NCBI GenBank assembly: GCA_963675665.1 | Contig: OY776510.1 | Coordinates: 2,720,001 to 2,784,000 of the forward strand | Direction of reading: 5' to 3' | Source: Spirochaetia bacterium | GTDB taxonomy: Bacteria > Spirochaetota > Spirochaetia > UBA9216 | Length of the DNA stretch: 64,000 bases | In this document: piece by piece, positions 1 to 9,487 of the stretch | Position numbering within the stretch: the stretch's first letter is position 1 | Layout of the letters: every line of letters starts with the position of its first letter | Program-made: the position numbers and the translations under genes | The notes under the pieces: generated by a model | The model's input: only the letters and a program-made list of their open reading frames with translations | Told to the model about the DNA's origin: nothing | Databases searched by the model: none

Positions 1-1
1 C

Positions 2-70
2 CCGGATGTAATCGGAAGACTTGTGAAGGAGACAGCAGAGCAGATTTCAAAAAGGCTGGGCTGGATATAA
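2..70 (+). CDS. C-terminal end of a probable IclR-family regulator (5' part outside window)
   Basis: Frame 2 reads PDVIGRLVKETAEQISKRLGWI*, resembling the IclR C-terminal 'vkeaAeeISrrLG' helix. Confidence 0.55.
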   Translation, partial: PDVIGRLVKETAEQISKRLGWI

Positions 71-102
71 CAACCGATAACAAACAGAAACAAGGGACAA
101 AG

Positions 103-957
103 TTGGAAGAAACAATATCATTCATCACTGAAAATCTTAACAGTAAAAGGCTTGAGGAGATTACTACTGCAGTAATTAATGCTTACAGGAATGAGGACGA
201 GTCTGCTCTTAGAACATATGCCGGGGTACTGAATATTAATAAAGATGCCGGACGCAGAAAGATGTTTTATGCAATTGTTCAGAGGCTGCATCCTGATCGC
301 CTGCCGGTTCTTAAAGATGAATTCAAAAAGGCGAAATCCTGCTGTGATATTGAAGTCCTCTCAAATATGAAAAAACTGTTGCAGGTCAAAGTAAGCGCTG
401 CTGCGCTAAAGGCTGAGAGATTTGAATACGAGCATCATGAAACATGGAATACCGGATTTGACGAAACGGATTTTGACGATTATGTCGAAGGTGCTGATGT
501 ATTTGAAGATGAAGAGGCTGATTCGGATTTTTATAAAGCGGTTAAGGATGTTATTTTCGGCAACCATGATTTCAGCATTGCGCCTTCCGATCTTGGTCAG
601 ATTGACGGCGGGCTTGATCTTGGATACTGCGGCCTTGAGGATATCGATGGGATAGAATTCTGCCGGAATGTAAGAAGTTTGAATATTTCCGGGAACAGTA
701 TATCCAATATCTATGATCTTCAACATCTTTCCCAGCTTGAAGAGCTGTATGCTGCAGATAATTTAATCAGGGATATCGATTCTATTATGAACCTTGAATG
801 GCTGGAAATAATTGATTTGTCGGGCAATGAAATTGAAGATATCACTCCTCTTCTTAACATGAGCAACCTGAAATTTGTAAACATAATGAAAAATCCTGTT
901 TCCGATCGGACAATAATAGAAAAACTTGAAGCTGACGGGGTTATTGTGCTGCGCTGA
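103..957 (+). CDS. Leucine-rich repeat protein with N-terminal J-domain-like (HPD) helical region and acidic linker
   Basis: C-terminal internalin-type LRRs (LNISGNSISNI, LYAADNLIRDI, IDLSGNEIEDI); 'FYAIVQRLHPDR' in N-terminus; TTG start after AAGGGA. Confidence 0.8.
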   Translation: MEETISFITENLNSKRLEEITTAVINAYRNEDESALRTYAGVLNINKDAGRRKMFYAIVQRLHPDRLPVLKDEFKKAKSCCDIEVLSNMKKLLQVKVSAAALKAERFEYEHHETWNTGFDETDFDDYVEGADVFEDEEADSDFYKAVKDVIFGNHDFSIAPSDLGQIDGGLDLGYCGLEDIDGIEFCRNVRSLNISGNSISNIYDLQHLSQLEELYAADNLIRDIDSIMNLEWLEIIDLSGNEIEDITPLLNMSNLKFVNIMKNPVSDRTIIEKLEADGVIVLR

Positions 958-959
958 GT

Positions 960-2174
960 TCAGGAAGCTGCTTTCAGTAAAAAGCCGATAAATCTCCAGA
1001 CGGAATTCAGTTTTGCTGTTGTTCCGAAAGTGCGAAACATAAGCCGTTCAAATACCGTAATGAGTTTAAATGAATTTTTGATATAGCGGTAGAATTTCCA
1101 GCTGTTCTGCTGTTTAAGGTAACCTGCCGATAATTCCGCGGTCCATATTACATTGGTGCCGGACATCCTTTCGGCAAGCATCTTAACCCATCCTGCAGAC
1201 TGTGCCATTGCATAATAAATTCCGGCGGAACCGTTGGCATCAACCATTCCGACAGCGTCGCCGAGAAGCACGGCTCCTCCGTTCCCCATAATATTATTTT
1301 CAATAAATTTCCTGTTCTGGATAGAAGTGAGCTTTTCGTATTCGGTAGAGCTGTCCGTAAAAAAACCGCTGAATCCCGGAAGGCTCTTTTTAACTTCTTC
1401 CCAGGCCGTTAACATTTCCTTATCCGACGGCATTCTGACTTTCTTGAGTTTTTCAAACTGGCTTAGCCTGAGCATAAGCCCGGCTTCAAACTTGTCGCTG
1501 CCGAGCGGAAATGCAAACGCAAATGCCGGCGGAATGCCTGAAACGGATTTAAGACTGTCCGGTAGTATTGTATAAAACTGAAGATCGGTAGAACCGGAAG
1601 GCAGTTTTACTGATGCAGGCAGGCCGCTGTTGAGACGTCCCCTGTATTTTATTGTGGGACAGGCAGCGGCGTCAGTATCAATACCGTAGTGCGCAGCAAC
1701 GGGGCAGGTGCGTCCTCCGCAGCCCAGTACAGTTTTTGCATCGATGGTTTGCTTTGAGTTATCAGTAATGTATTCAAGACCGTAAGCAAGACCGGAATCA
1801 TTTACAAGAACGCCTGATACTTCTGCATTAAAAATGAATTCAGCGCCGAGGCTTATCGCCTTTTTATAAAGGGGCTCGATGAAATCACGCCACTCGAAAA
1901 AATAGTAAGGTTCCTTAACTTTTACCAGAGTGCTTTTCCTGCTTTCGGGACTATGGAACCTGCGGGTTTCAGATTTAAAACCGCTGATTTCTTCCAAAAA
2001 CCCCGGATACATGAGTTTGTCGAGTAATACATGATGCGGCATACTCTCTCCGCGGGGTTCCGGGCCTGCAAGCGGTCCCTTTTCAAGAACGGTTACGGAT
2101 CTTCCGAGAGATGCGGCTGTTATCGCAGCTGCAAGCCCGGCAGGCCCGGCGCCTGCAACAACGAAATCGTACAT
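960..2174 (-). CDS. FAD-dependent oxidoreductase, geranylgeranyl-reductase-like family
   Basis: N-terminal GAGPAG Rossmann motif; 'LLGDAVGMVDANGSAGI' matches the GDAAG..P..G.GI motif. Confidence 0.8.
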   Translation of the reverse strand: MYDFVVAGAGPAGLAAAITAASLGRSVTVLEKGPLAGPEPRGESMPHHVLLDKLMYPGFLEEISGFKSETRRFHSPESRKSTLVKVKEPYYFFEWRDFIEPLYKKAISLGAEFIFNAEVSGVLVNDSGLAYGLEYITDNSKQTIDAKTVLGCGGRTCPVAAHYGIDTDAAACPTIKYRGRLNSGLPASVKLPSGSTDLQFYTILPDSLKSVSGIPPAFAFAFPLGSDKFEAGLMLRLSQFEKLKKVRMPSDKEMLTAWEEVKKSLPGFSGFFTDSSTEYEKLTSIQNRKFIENNIMGNGGAVLLGDAVGMVDANGSAGIYYAMAQSAGWVKMLAERMSGTNVIWTAELSAGYLKQQNSWKFYRYIKNSFKLITVFERLMFRTFGTTAKLNSVWRFIGFLLKAAS

Positions 2175-2175
2175 T

Positions 2176-3225
2176 TTACAGTTTTATTACGTCAAGCGCA
2201 GGAATTGACGACAACAGCGGAACAGTATCAATACTGCAGGCGCCGTGCTTGATTAGTTCATAACGGACTTTTGCCAGGGGCAGTTCGGGACTGTCGGTTT
2301 CAACCTGGATTGAATACTGCGCAAAACTTTTTCCCGGGTTAATAGTCGGCTCTTCGGCATAGAGGTTATATTCCGTCAGGTACTTTTCAACCATATCCTT
2401 CTTACTGACAGGAACATTGAAAAGAAGCATAACCCTGTTCTCTGCGTTTATAGTCCCATGAAGGTTGAGAAGGAGCATTTTAAGAAGCTCTGTTTTTTCA
2501 GGATTGTCTTTAACTGAAGGGTTAATCCAGATTCCTGTTTCGCTTTTCATTATTTCATCAATAATCTTGAGTCCGTAGTTTTTCAGGGCGCTTCCCGATT
2601 GTGTAATTTCCACTCCGATATCCGCACCGCCGTTTTTAACCTTTGCCTCGGTTTTTCCCCAGGTTTCGTAAACTACAATGCCGGTATCGTTTTTCGGCGG
2701 AGTTTTATATTTCTGTACGGACCAGGCGCTGTATTCGTCATACTTTCCTATTTTTTTCAATGCCGACTGAAGCCATTCAATTGCCATGTAAGGCATTTCC
2801 GATACTACCGTTATCAGCTTTTTTTCAGCCGTAAGCACTCGAAGTCTGTCTTCAATATTATCTGAACTGTCCGACTCATCGGTTATACCGACGATACGGA
2901 CGCCTCCGCGCTGCAGCGAAAGAACTTTTTCAAGGTCAAGATTTTTTCCGTATTCAATCCTGAGTTCCACTATACGCTCATGGATCCAGTCGTCTCCGGC
3001 TATGGCCACATCAAGTTCGCCCAGCATCATCTGTGAGCCGAACTCCTGGGGCCGTCCGTCCCAGCCGAACAGAAAATTGACTGTCTGAAAGGTCGTCGGG
3101 CCTCCGTTCTCATATCCCCTTGTTTTAAATCCGGCGTTATCGAGCAGATTAATAAGATTCCCGCCTCTGTTCGGATTAGCAAGTGAGCCGGCAGGCATTC
3201 CGATAGTTAATCCGGTGTTATTCAT
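2176..3225 (-). CDS. hisG: ATP phosphoribosyltransferase (long form)
   Basis: 'IGMPAGSL', 'RPQE', 'DVAIAGDDW', 'TWGKTEAKV', 'ADIGVEITQSGSALKNYGL' and C-terminal regulatory domain; directly downstream of hisI. Confidence 0.8.
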   Translation of the reverse strand: MNNTGLTIGMPAGSLANPNRGGNLINLLDNAGFKTRGYENGGPTTFQTVNFLFGWDGRPQEFGSQMMLGELDVAIAGDDWIHERIVELRIEYGKNLDLEKVLSLQRGGVRIVGITDESDSSDNIEDRLRVLTAEKKLITVVSEMPYMAIEWLQSALKKIGKYDEYSAWSVQKYKTPPKNDTGIVVYETWGKTEAKVKNGGADIGVEITQSGSALKNYGLKIIDEIMKSETGIWINPSVKDNPEKTELLKMLLLNLHGTINAENRVMLLFNVPVSKKDMVEKYLTEYNLYAEEPTINPGKSFAQYSIQVETDSPELPLAKVRYELIKHGACSIDTVPLLSSIPALDVIKL

Positions 3226-3611
3226 TTCTCTATAAACTCCAGTTTTCCGTCTTCGGTAATTTTTCGGTAATAACAGGAGGTGTGCGGCTTACCGTTATCG
3301 CATTTTGCGTGGCAGGCGCCATTCCCCTGGGGTACAACCAGGTACACAAGTGAATTCTGTTCACAGTTTATTCTGATCTCCTCAACCTTAAGCATGTCTC
3401 CGCTTGTCATGCCTTTTTTCCATAGTTCGGATCTGCTGCGGCTCCAGTACGTGGCATATCCGCTTTTTCTTGTTTCGTCGAAAGCCTGTTTGTTCGCAAA
3501 TGCAAGTATAAGTACTTCTTTAGTGTTAATGTCCTGGGTTACAACAGGAACAAGAGTATTTCCGTTTTCTCCGAAATCCAGTAATAATTCTTCAGTATAT
3601 TCTTTGCTCAT
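3222..3611 (-). CDS. hisI: Phosphoribosyl-AMP cyclohydrolase (start revised to ATG at 3611)
   Basis: 'LVPVVTQD', 'YWSRSRSELWKKGMTSG', 'NCEQNSL', 'ACH...SCYY' motifs. Confidence 0.9.
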   Translation of the reverse strand: MSKEYTEELLLDFGENGNTLVPVVTQDINTKEVLILAFANKQAFDETRKSGYATYWSRSRSELWKKGMTSGDMLKVEEIRINCEQNSLVYLVVPQGNGACHAKCDNGKPHTSCYYRKITEDGKLEFIEK

Positions 3612-3676
3612 AATAAATTGATTGTACCCTATTTGCTGTTGCAATACACTAGTTTTTCTGTAAAAATACATTCAGA

Positions 3677-5560
3677 ATGAATAGAAACTTATTCCGCAAA
3701 GTAGTCACGACACTGATTTTTTTATCTCTTTTTCTTCAGATCGCAGCTGCATCAGAGGTCGGTACAATTGATTCACGTTTCCTGAATATAACAAGGACGG
3801 TTCAGACTTCTACGGGAATCAAATACGCGGCAGCAGTTAACGACGGTTTCCTGGTGTCTTTCGATGAAGGACGGCACTGGAGCCGGCGTAATAACGGGTT
3901 ACCGCAGAAGATTGTGTATCCGTTTCTAAATGAAGAAATAGAAACAATTACTTCAATTGGTTTTGACCCTCTGGATGAAACAAGACTTGTCTGCACAACA
4001 GCTTCCAGTCTTTTTGTTTCCGAAAATTCCGGGAGGAACTGGTCTGAAATAGCGGTAAAGTCGCCGGTCAGCAAATCAAATATTCTGACGGGTGCAGCGC
4101 CTTCTCCTTTTGATAAAAAAACATTTCTTATAGCAACATCTTTCAGCGGAATTTTCGAAACTGTCGACGGAGGGCAAAGCTGGACGGAGATTGCAGAAAA
4201 GACAATTCTCTACCGGGGTGCCGGGTTTAACGAAGAAATCGCGGCTGTGGTATATTCACCTGCAGACCCCGAAGTAATTTATATTGCATATTCGTTCGGC
4301 AACGGTTTATACAGAAGCAATCCCGAACGAAGTTCATGGATTAAAATCAGGGGATTATCTGAAAATAACAGTATCAGAACAATTCAATTTGAAGACGGCC
4401 TGCTGAATGTTGAGTTCATTAACGGAACGGCTGATTATTCACCTTCGACAGGCGTATGGTCGGAGATGAAACATAATACAGATCTGCTAACCTCTGCGGT
4501 AGAACAGGCTTCTGCAAGATCAAAACGGCTTGAAGCCGCTGCCGATCATCAGGGAATGTATATAGGACCATGGCACGCAAGCGGAGAAAGATTGAAAGCC
4601 CACCTTGATTTTATGGAAGAGAACGGTCTTGAATCTATTGTAGTGGATATAAAGGATGATTTCGGTTTTTTGACATATGACTCCAAACTTGAACTGCCAA
4701 ACCGGATTGGAGCTGTCAACGATCGTCTGCACATAAAAAACCTGATTGAAGAAGCCCACTCACGGGATATATACGTAATCGGCAGAATTGTTGTATTCAA
4801 GGACAAGCAGCTTTTTCACTACAATGATAACGAATACGCGCTGAAAGACAAGTATTCCGGTGAACCGTGGCGGTACATGATAAAAACGGAAGACTCCGAA
4901 ACCGGCGATGTGAAATGGGAACAGCGTGAGTTCTGGGTCGACCCGTTCAGTCAGGCAGTCTGGGAATACAATGCAGATATCGCGGAAGAACTTCAGGAGC
5001 TGGGTGTTGATGAAATTCAGTTTGACTATATCAGGTTCCCGTCGGACGGCGACACTGAAAGGATAGCTTTCAGTAGTACTTACCCGGGGATGTCCAGGAT
5101 AAACGCGCTGGAATCATTTTTCAGGCTGGTCAGGGAGCGTGTTCATATACCTATCAGTACGGATCTTTACGGTTTTAATTCATACTACAGGATGGGTAAC
5201 TGGATAGGGCAGAATATCGAGATGCTGGCTGAATATGTCGACGTAATCTGCCCCATGTATTATCCGTCTCATTTTCCAAGGAATTTCATGAAGGAAGTTC
5301 CGTATCTTGAGAGAGCGGGGGAGATTTATCGTGAAGGCACAATACGGGCCGCCGAGATTGTCGCCGGCCGCAGTCTGATAAGACCTTATGTTCAGGCGTT
5401 TCTTTTACCGTCAGAGTACTATATGGAAGAGGCTGAATATCAGGAGTATCTTATGCAGCAGCTTCGCGGATGCCGGGATGCCGGTTCTTCAGGCTGGACT
5501 TTATGGAACATGTCCAACAAATACTATATGGTACCGGTACCGCTTTATGAGAAATACTGA
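3677..5560 (+). CDS. Exported protein: BNR/Asp-box beta-propeller plus putative glycoside hydrolase (DUF4015-like) TIM barrel
   Basis: Signal peptide; SxDxGxxW repeats; 'VVDIKDDFG', 'RIVVFKD', 'GVDEIQFDYIRFP', 'CPMYYPSH'. Confidence 0.8.
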   Translation: MNRNLFRKVVTTLIFLSLFLQIAAASEVGTIDSRFLNITRTVQTSTGIKYAAAVNDGFLVSFDEGRHWSRRNNGLPQKIVYPFLNEEIETITSIGFDPLDETRLVCTTASSLFVSENSGRNWSEIAVKSPVSKSNILTGAAPSPFDKKTFLIATSFSGIFETVDGGQSWTEIAEKTILYRGAGFNEEIAAVVYSPADPEVIYIAYSFGNGLYRSNPERSSWIKIRGLSENNSIRTIQFEDGLLNVEFINGTADYSPSTGVWSEMKHNTDLLTSAVEQASARSKRLEAAADHQGMYIGPWHASGERLKAHLDFMEENGLESIVVDIKDDFGFLTYDSKLELPNRIGAVNDRLHIKNLIEEAHSRDIYVIGRIVVFKDKQLFHYNDNEYALKDKYSGEPWRYMIKTEDSETGDVKWEQREFWVDPFSQAVWEYNADIAEELQELGVDEIQFDYIRFPSDGDTERIAFSSTYPGMSRINALESFFRLVRERVHIPISTDLYGFNSYYRMGNWIGQNIEMLAEYVDVICPMYYPSHFPRNFMKEVPYLERAGEIYREGTIRAAEIVAGRSLIRPYVQAFLLPSEYYMEEAEYQEYLMQQLRGCRDAGSSGWTLWNMSNKYYMVPVPLYEKY

Positions 5561-5587
5561 CGGGCGTAATTAAAAACCTGGAACGGA

Positions 5588-6787
5588 TTATTCTTTTTTT
5601 GGTTTTATCTCATTATCAAGAAGACTGGCTTTTGTAATTACTTCGCCCCTGTTTTTTAATTTGAATACTGTTTTTTCAACTTTGTTTTTTTTTTCATATT
5701 GATCTCCGAATAATTCATGCTGTTCAGGATTATCTGCGCTCTCAAGCGACAGAAGGCCCGTTCCTATCAGTCTTATCGATGAGGCGCCGTTCCATCTGCT
5801 GTTCAGAAGTTCAATGCTGTGAGTATATATTTCCTCTGCAGAATGTATATAATGACTGAATGTTCGCTGGGCTGTTGTGGAAGTAAAATCGGAATACCTT
5901 ATCTTGATACAGATGCTTTTACTTTTTTTATTTTCTTTCATTGTTCTGAACATGACATGATGTGAAAGTTCAAGCAGTACACGTTCCAGAATATCGCGGT
6001 CATTAATATCTTCCTGGAACGTTGTTTCGTTGCTTATTGAATTACTTCTTGTCTCTGTGTTGTACATGCTGATATCGATACCCCTGCAGGCCCTGAAAAG
6101 AAAGCTGCCTCCGGATTGTCCGAAAATTGTTTTTAAAGAATTTTCGCTGAATCCCCTCAGTTCATTTACTGTCCGGATGTTTAAGTCCTGAAGCCTTTCA
6201 AGGGTCTTCTTCCCAAGGCCCCAGATATCTTTCAAATCAAGCTTATCGAGAAAACTGAGTTCATCACCGGCGTTGACTATATAAAGTCCGTCAGGTTTTC
6301 CGAAGTCTGATGCAAGTTTGGCCAGAAAACGCGTAGGAGCTGCCCCGATAGATATTGTCAGGCCGGATTTTTCCTTAACACGTTTCTTTATCAACTGACC
6401 TGTTTCCTTTATACTGCCGAACAGTCTGTCGGTGCCTGTCATATCCAGAAATGCTTCATCTATCGAGATTTGACAAATTTCGGGGGTGAACTCTCCGAAC
6501 AATTCCATAATACCTGCCGAGACTTCCTGGTAAAGTTTCATTCTGACCGGCAGAAATACTGCGTCAGGACAAAGCCTTTGGGCCGTTGATATTGGCATGG
6601 CTGAATGAATCCCGAATTTCCGTGCTTCATAACTGCATGCGGACACAACACCTCTTTTGCCGGGAGAAGCACCGATAACAACCGGTTTCCCTATGTATTC
6701 AGGATTCTCATGCTGCTCAACCGCTGCATAGAAGGCATCAAGATCAACATGAAAAATTCTGGGATTAAATTCGGTATTTTTACTCAT
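5588..6787 (-). CDS. dinB: DNA polymerase IV
   Basis: 'HVDLDAFYAAVE', 'SYEARKFGIHSAMP', 'SIDEAFLD', 'LAKLASDFGKPDG'. Confidence 0.95.
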   Translation of the reverse strand: MSKNTEFNPRIFHVDLDAFYAAVEQHENPEYIGKPVVIGASPGKRGVVSACSYEARKFGIHSAMPISTAQRLCPDAVFLPVRMKLYQEVSAGIMELFGEFTPEICQISIDEAFLDMTGTDRLFGSIKETGQLIKKRVKEKSGLTISIGAAPTRFLAKLASDFGKPDGLYIVNAGDELSFLDKLDLKDIWGLGKKTLERLQDLNIRTVNELRGFSENSLKTIFGQSGGSFLFRACRGIDISMYNTETRSNSISNETTFQEDINDRDILERVLLELSHHVMFRTMKENKKSKSICIKIRYSDFTSTTAQRTFSHYIHSAEEIYTHSIELLNSRWNGASSIRLIGTGLLSLESADNPEQHELFGDQYEKKNKVEKTVFKLKNRGEVITKASLLDNEIKPKKE

Positions 6788-8852
6788 AAATATAATTTTT
6801 CTTTGCTGTCAGGTAGCGGCTTATACTGTAGTATTTATCGTTAATCGTGCTGAATTCTGTTTCAACGGGATAGTCGGCTGTTATGCTGAAATTAAGGGGG
6901 GCATTTCTGTTAAGAGTAAGCGAAAGAATAAGCGGTACAGGAGGGTTTTTCCCGATAAATATTTCCAGTCTGCCCTGTGATGGCAGCCACTCAGCGGGGA
7001 AATTGCTTTCATAAATAGTTATGGGGGTATCCGACAACAGAGATATTCGGATTCGTTCAGGCGGTGAAACGGTATCGATTGTTGTTTTAACAATTTTCCT
7101 GTTAAGGAAAGCCCTGGTCTCTACCCCGATTGTAATATCATTATCATCCCCGGCTGCTTCGATCTTTTCTGAAAGAAGGCTTTCCGTAATATTATCATCA
7201 AGTTTCCACGGACTATTAACCGTTACATTTTTTATATCTGTGTTTTCATCGACTGTCTCGTAGAGCTGTACAGGTTGCGGATTGTCTGTACTGAACGGTG
7301 AATAATAGATTATAAAAATAAATAATCCGACTGAACACAAGGCGGATAATAACGGCAGCAGTCTGGTAAATTTCTTTGAGGGCGGCGAAAGCATTTCCAG
7401 CCTGATTGCTGCAAGAATGAACGGCAGCAGAATCAGTGCCGAAAGCAGATTTCCCTTTACAGGTGATATTGTAATCATTCTGATAACGGAGAATGACGGG
7501 AGGGCGAAAATTTCATAAACGCTGAAAGAGATTAATACAGAAGATAATATCAGCATTACAAGTTTTACGCCCGACTTTTTAAAAACCGTAAAAAGGAATA
7601 TGAAGAATAGCGGCCATAATGCAAAAAACGAAAGCGACAAATTAACCCATGTCAGAAAAAACAGGACGATAACAAGAAAGAATATTGCGGTAATCGAATA
7701 AAAACTTCCGCGTTTTGAATAAGGAAGCCTGGAGATTAACTTAAAAGCGAGTGTATAAATAAACATTGCCGTAGATATTTTGAACATAAAAACAGCTACA
7801 GGATTGTATTTCCATAGTTCAGTAAACTCCAGCCTGCTGAGGATGAATGTCGTGAGTACAGTACCGAGGAATAAAACCAGGAATACAGAACCGAAAAGTA
7901 CAGGAATGAACCACAGGTTTCGTAACAGGGTTTTCATGTACCAGCCGAAGTGGCGTCTTCTGAATATCGGAAACACCATCAACATGGCAGCCAGGATAAT
8001 ATATACAAAAAGGTAAATCTGTTCGCTTATCCCAAAAAGATAATGGCTGTCCCATTCTGCTGGAATGCCGGCTGAAAAATGATTAAGCAGGCCGTTATAA
8101 AATCCAATCACAGCTTCTTCGCTTATTATTTCATTATCATTAAAAGCTGTTGAGTAATCGGTAAGTTCTAATGCCGGGTAAGATTCAGCGAGGTATGGTT
8201 TAAGCATACTGGTTGTCCCCGCGGCCGAAAGCCTGAATAAAAGCGATTCTGTTGTTGAGTGAAAAACAGGAATTGCTGCATCTTTTAAAGAGGTTGCTGT
8301 TGCATGATACAGCATAAAGGGACTGGTATAGCCGTCGGCACCTGAAATGATACGGACTGATGAGGGTGCAGTTTTAAAATTCAGATAGATAAATACAGAT
8401 GCCTGCTCAGGATAATAATGTTCCAGAAAGTTTTTTGATCCCAGCGCATTGTTCTCATCATTTTCCGCCCCCAGAAAAAGGAATTTCATTGATAATTCAG
8501 GCTGGCTGGAAATAAAATATTCGGCAAGCAAAAGCCCTGCAGCAATATCAAAATTATTCCCGACGGGTATAATGGTTATAAGAGTTTCCTCTTTACGACC
8601 TTTAATATCTGCTTCGAGATAAGAAGAAAAAGAATGATATCCTTTGGTTTCCTGGAAAGAGTATTCCCGGTTTTCAATACCGAGTTCATCAAGCCTGATC
8701 TTTATTTGTCTGATAGACTCTTTTTCATTCTCTGAACCTTCACTTCTTGGAAAAAGCTTGGAAAAATTGTTAATATCGTTTATTATAGAATTTGTATATG
8801 CGTAAGAAATAATTGCTGAAAATAACAGAAGAAAGGAAACAAATCTTTTCAT
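6780..8852 (-). CDS. Multi-pass membrane protein with N-terminal M28-peptidase-like domain (probable start MKRFV at 8852)
   Basis: Signal peptide, 'PRSEGSENE', 'FLFLGAE', 'GSKNF' M28-like segments then about 9 hydrophobic segments; metal ligands look degenerate. Confidence 0.55.
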   Translation of the reverse strand: MKRFVSFLLLFSAIISYAYTNSIINDINNFSKLFPRSEGSENEKESIRQIKIRLDELGIENREYSFQETKGYHSFSSYLEADIKGRKEETLITIIPVGNNFDIAAGLLLAEYFISSQPELSMKFLFLGAENDENNALGSKNFLEHYYPEQASVFIYLNFKTAPSSVRIISGADGYTSPFMLYHATATSLKDAAIPVFHSTTESLLFRLSAAGTTSMLKPYLAESYPALELTDYSTAFNDNEIISEEAVIGFYNGLLNHFSAGIPAEWDSHYLFGISEQIYLFVYIILAAMLMVFPIFRRRHFGWYMKTLLRNLWFIPVLFGSVFLVLFLGTVLTTFILSRLEFTELWKYNPVAVFMFKISTAMFIYTLAFKLISRLPYSKRGSFYSITAIFFLVIVLFFLTWVNLSLSFFALWPLFFIFLFTVFKKSGVKLVMLILSSVLISFSVYEIFALPSFSVIRMITISPVKGNLLSALILLPFILAAIRLEMLSPPSKKFTRLLPLLSALCSVGLFIFIIYYSPFSTDNPQPVQLYETVDENTDIKNVTVNSPWKLDDNITESLLSEKIEAAGDDNDITIGVETRAFLNRKIVKTTIDTVSPPERIRISLLSDTPITIYESNFPAEWLPSQGRLEIFIGKNPPVPLILSLTLNRNAPLNFSITADYPVETEFSTINDKYYSISRYLTAKKNYIYE

Positions 8853-8878
8853 TAAATATAACAATAAGGGAAATCGTT

Positions 8879-9418
8879 ATGGTTGGTCAAGATTTAAAAA
8901 ACAGTCTGCTGCCCGCAATTGAATTGTATCAGACCATTCGTGACTTCAGCGACCGAAAGGTTGATGAAGAAACGATCAATTTAATTCTTGAAGCGGGAAG
9001 ACGGGCTCCTTCGGCTAAAAACAGACAACCCTGGCGTTTCGTTCTTGTAACTGATGAAGGTATAAAAAACCGCCTTGAGTCAGCAGCCTATGGTCAGGAG
9101 CATATAGGAAACGCCTCTTTTGTTGTAGCTCTCGGCACTACAAATGTTGATTACCGTATGCCCAACGGCCAGTTGTCATATCCGGTTGATTTGAGTTTCG
9201 CCGCCTCTTTTATGGTTGTTCAGGCGGCATCGGCTGATGTTGGAAGCTGTATTGTTACCACCTATGATGAACTTGAAGTAAAGGAGATTCTGACTGTTCC
9301 TTATTCAATGAGAATTGTAATGCTTATTGCATTCGGGTATGCCGACGAACAGCTGGGAGCAAAGAATATTACCAACAGAAAGGGTCTTTCTTCGATAATG
9401 TCGCGTAATCACTGGTGA
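8879..9418 (+). CDS. Nitroreductase family protein (probable start ATG 8879)
   Basis: 'RRAPSAKNRQPWRF', 'IAFGY' motifs; AAGGGA upstream of 8879. Confidence 0.88.
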   Translation: MVGQDLKNSLLPAIELYQTIRDFSDRKVDEETINLILEAGRRAPSAKNRQPWRFVLVTDEGIKNRLESAAYGQEHIGNASFVVALGTTNVDYRMPNGQLSYPVDLSFAASFMVVQAASADVGSCIVTTYDELEVKEILTVPYSMRIVMLIAFGYADEQLGAKNITNRKGLSSIMSRNHW

Positions 9419-9487
9419 GTTAATAATATCTTATTTCTGCAAAGTAAAACGACGACACCCCTGCACGAATGCAAAACTGCTGTATAG

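Noticed and set aside
5685-5694. A10 homopolymer in dinB coding strand (also T9 in the SIMPL signal peptide) as phase-variation tracts
   Set aside because: Frames are intact and such runs are common in this Lys/Phe-rich AT context; no supporting evidence.
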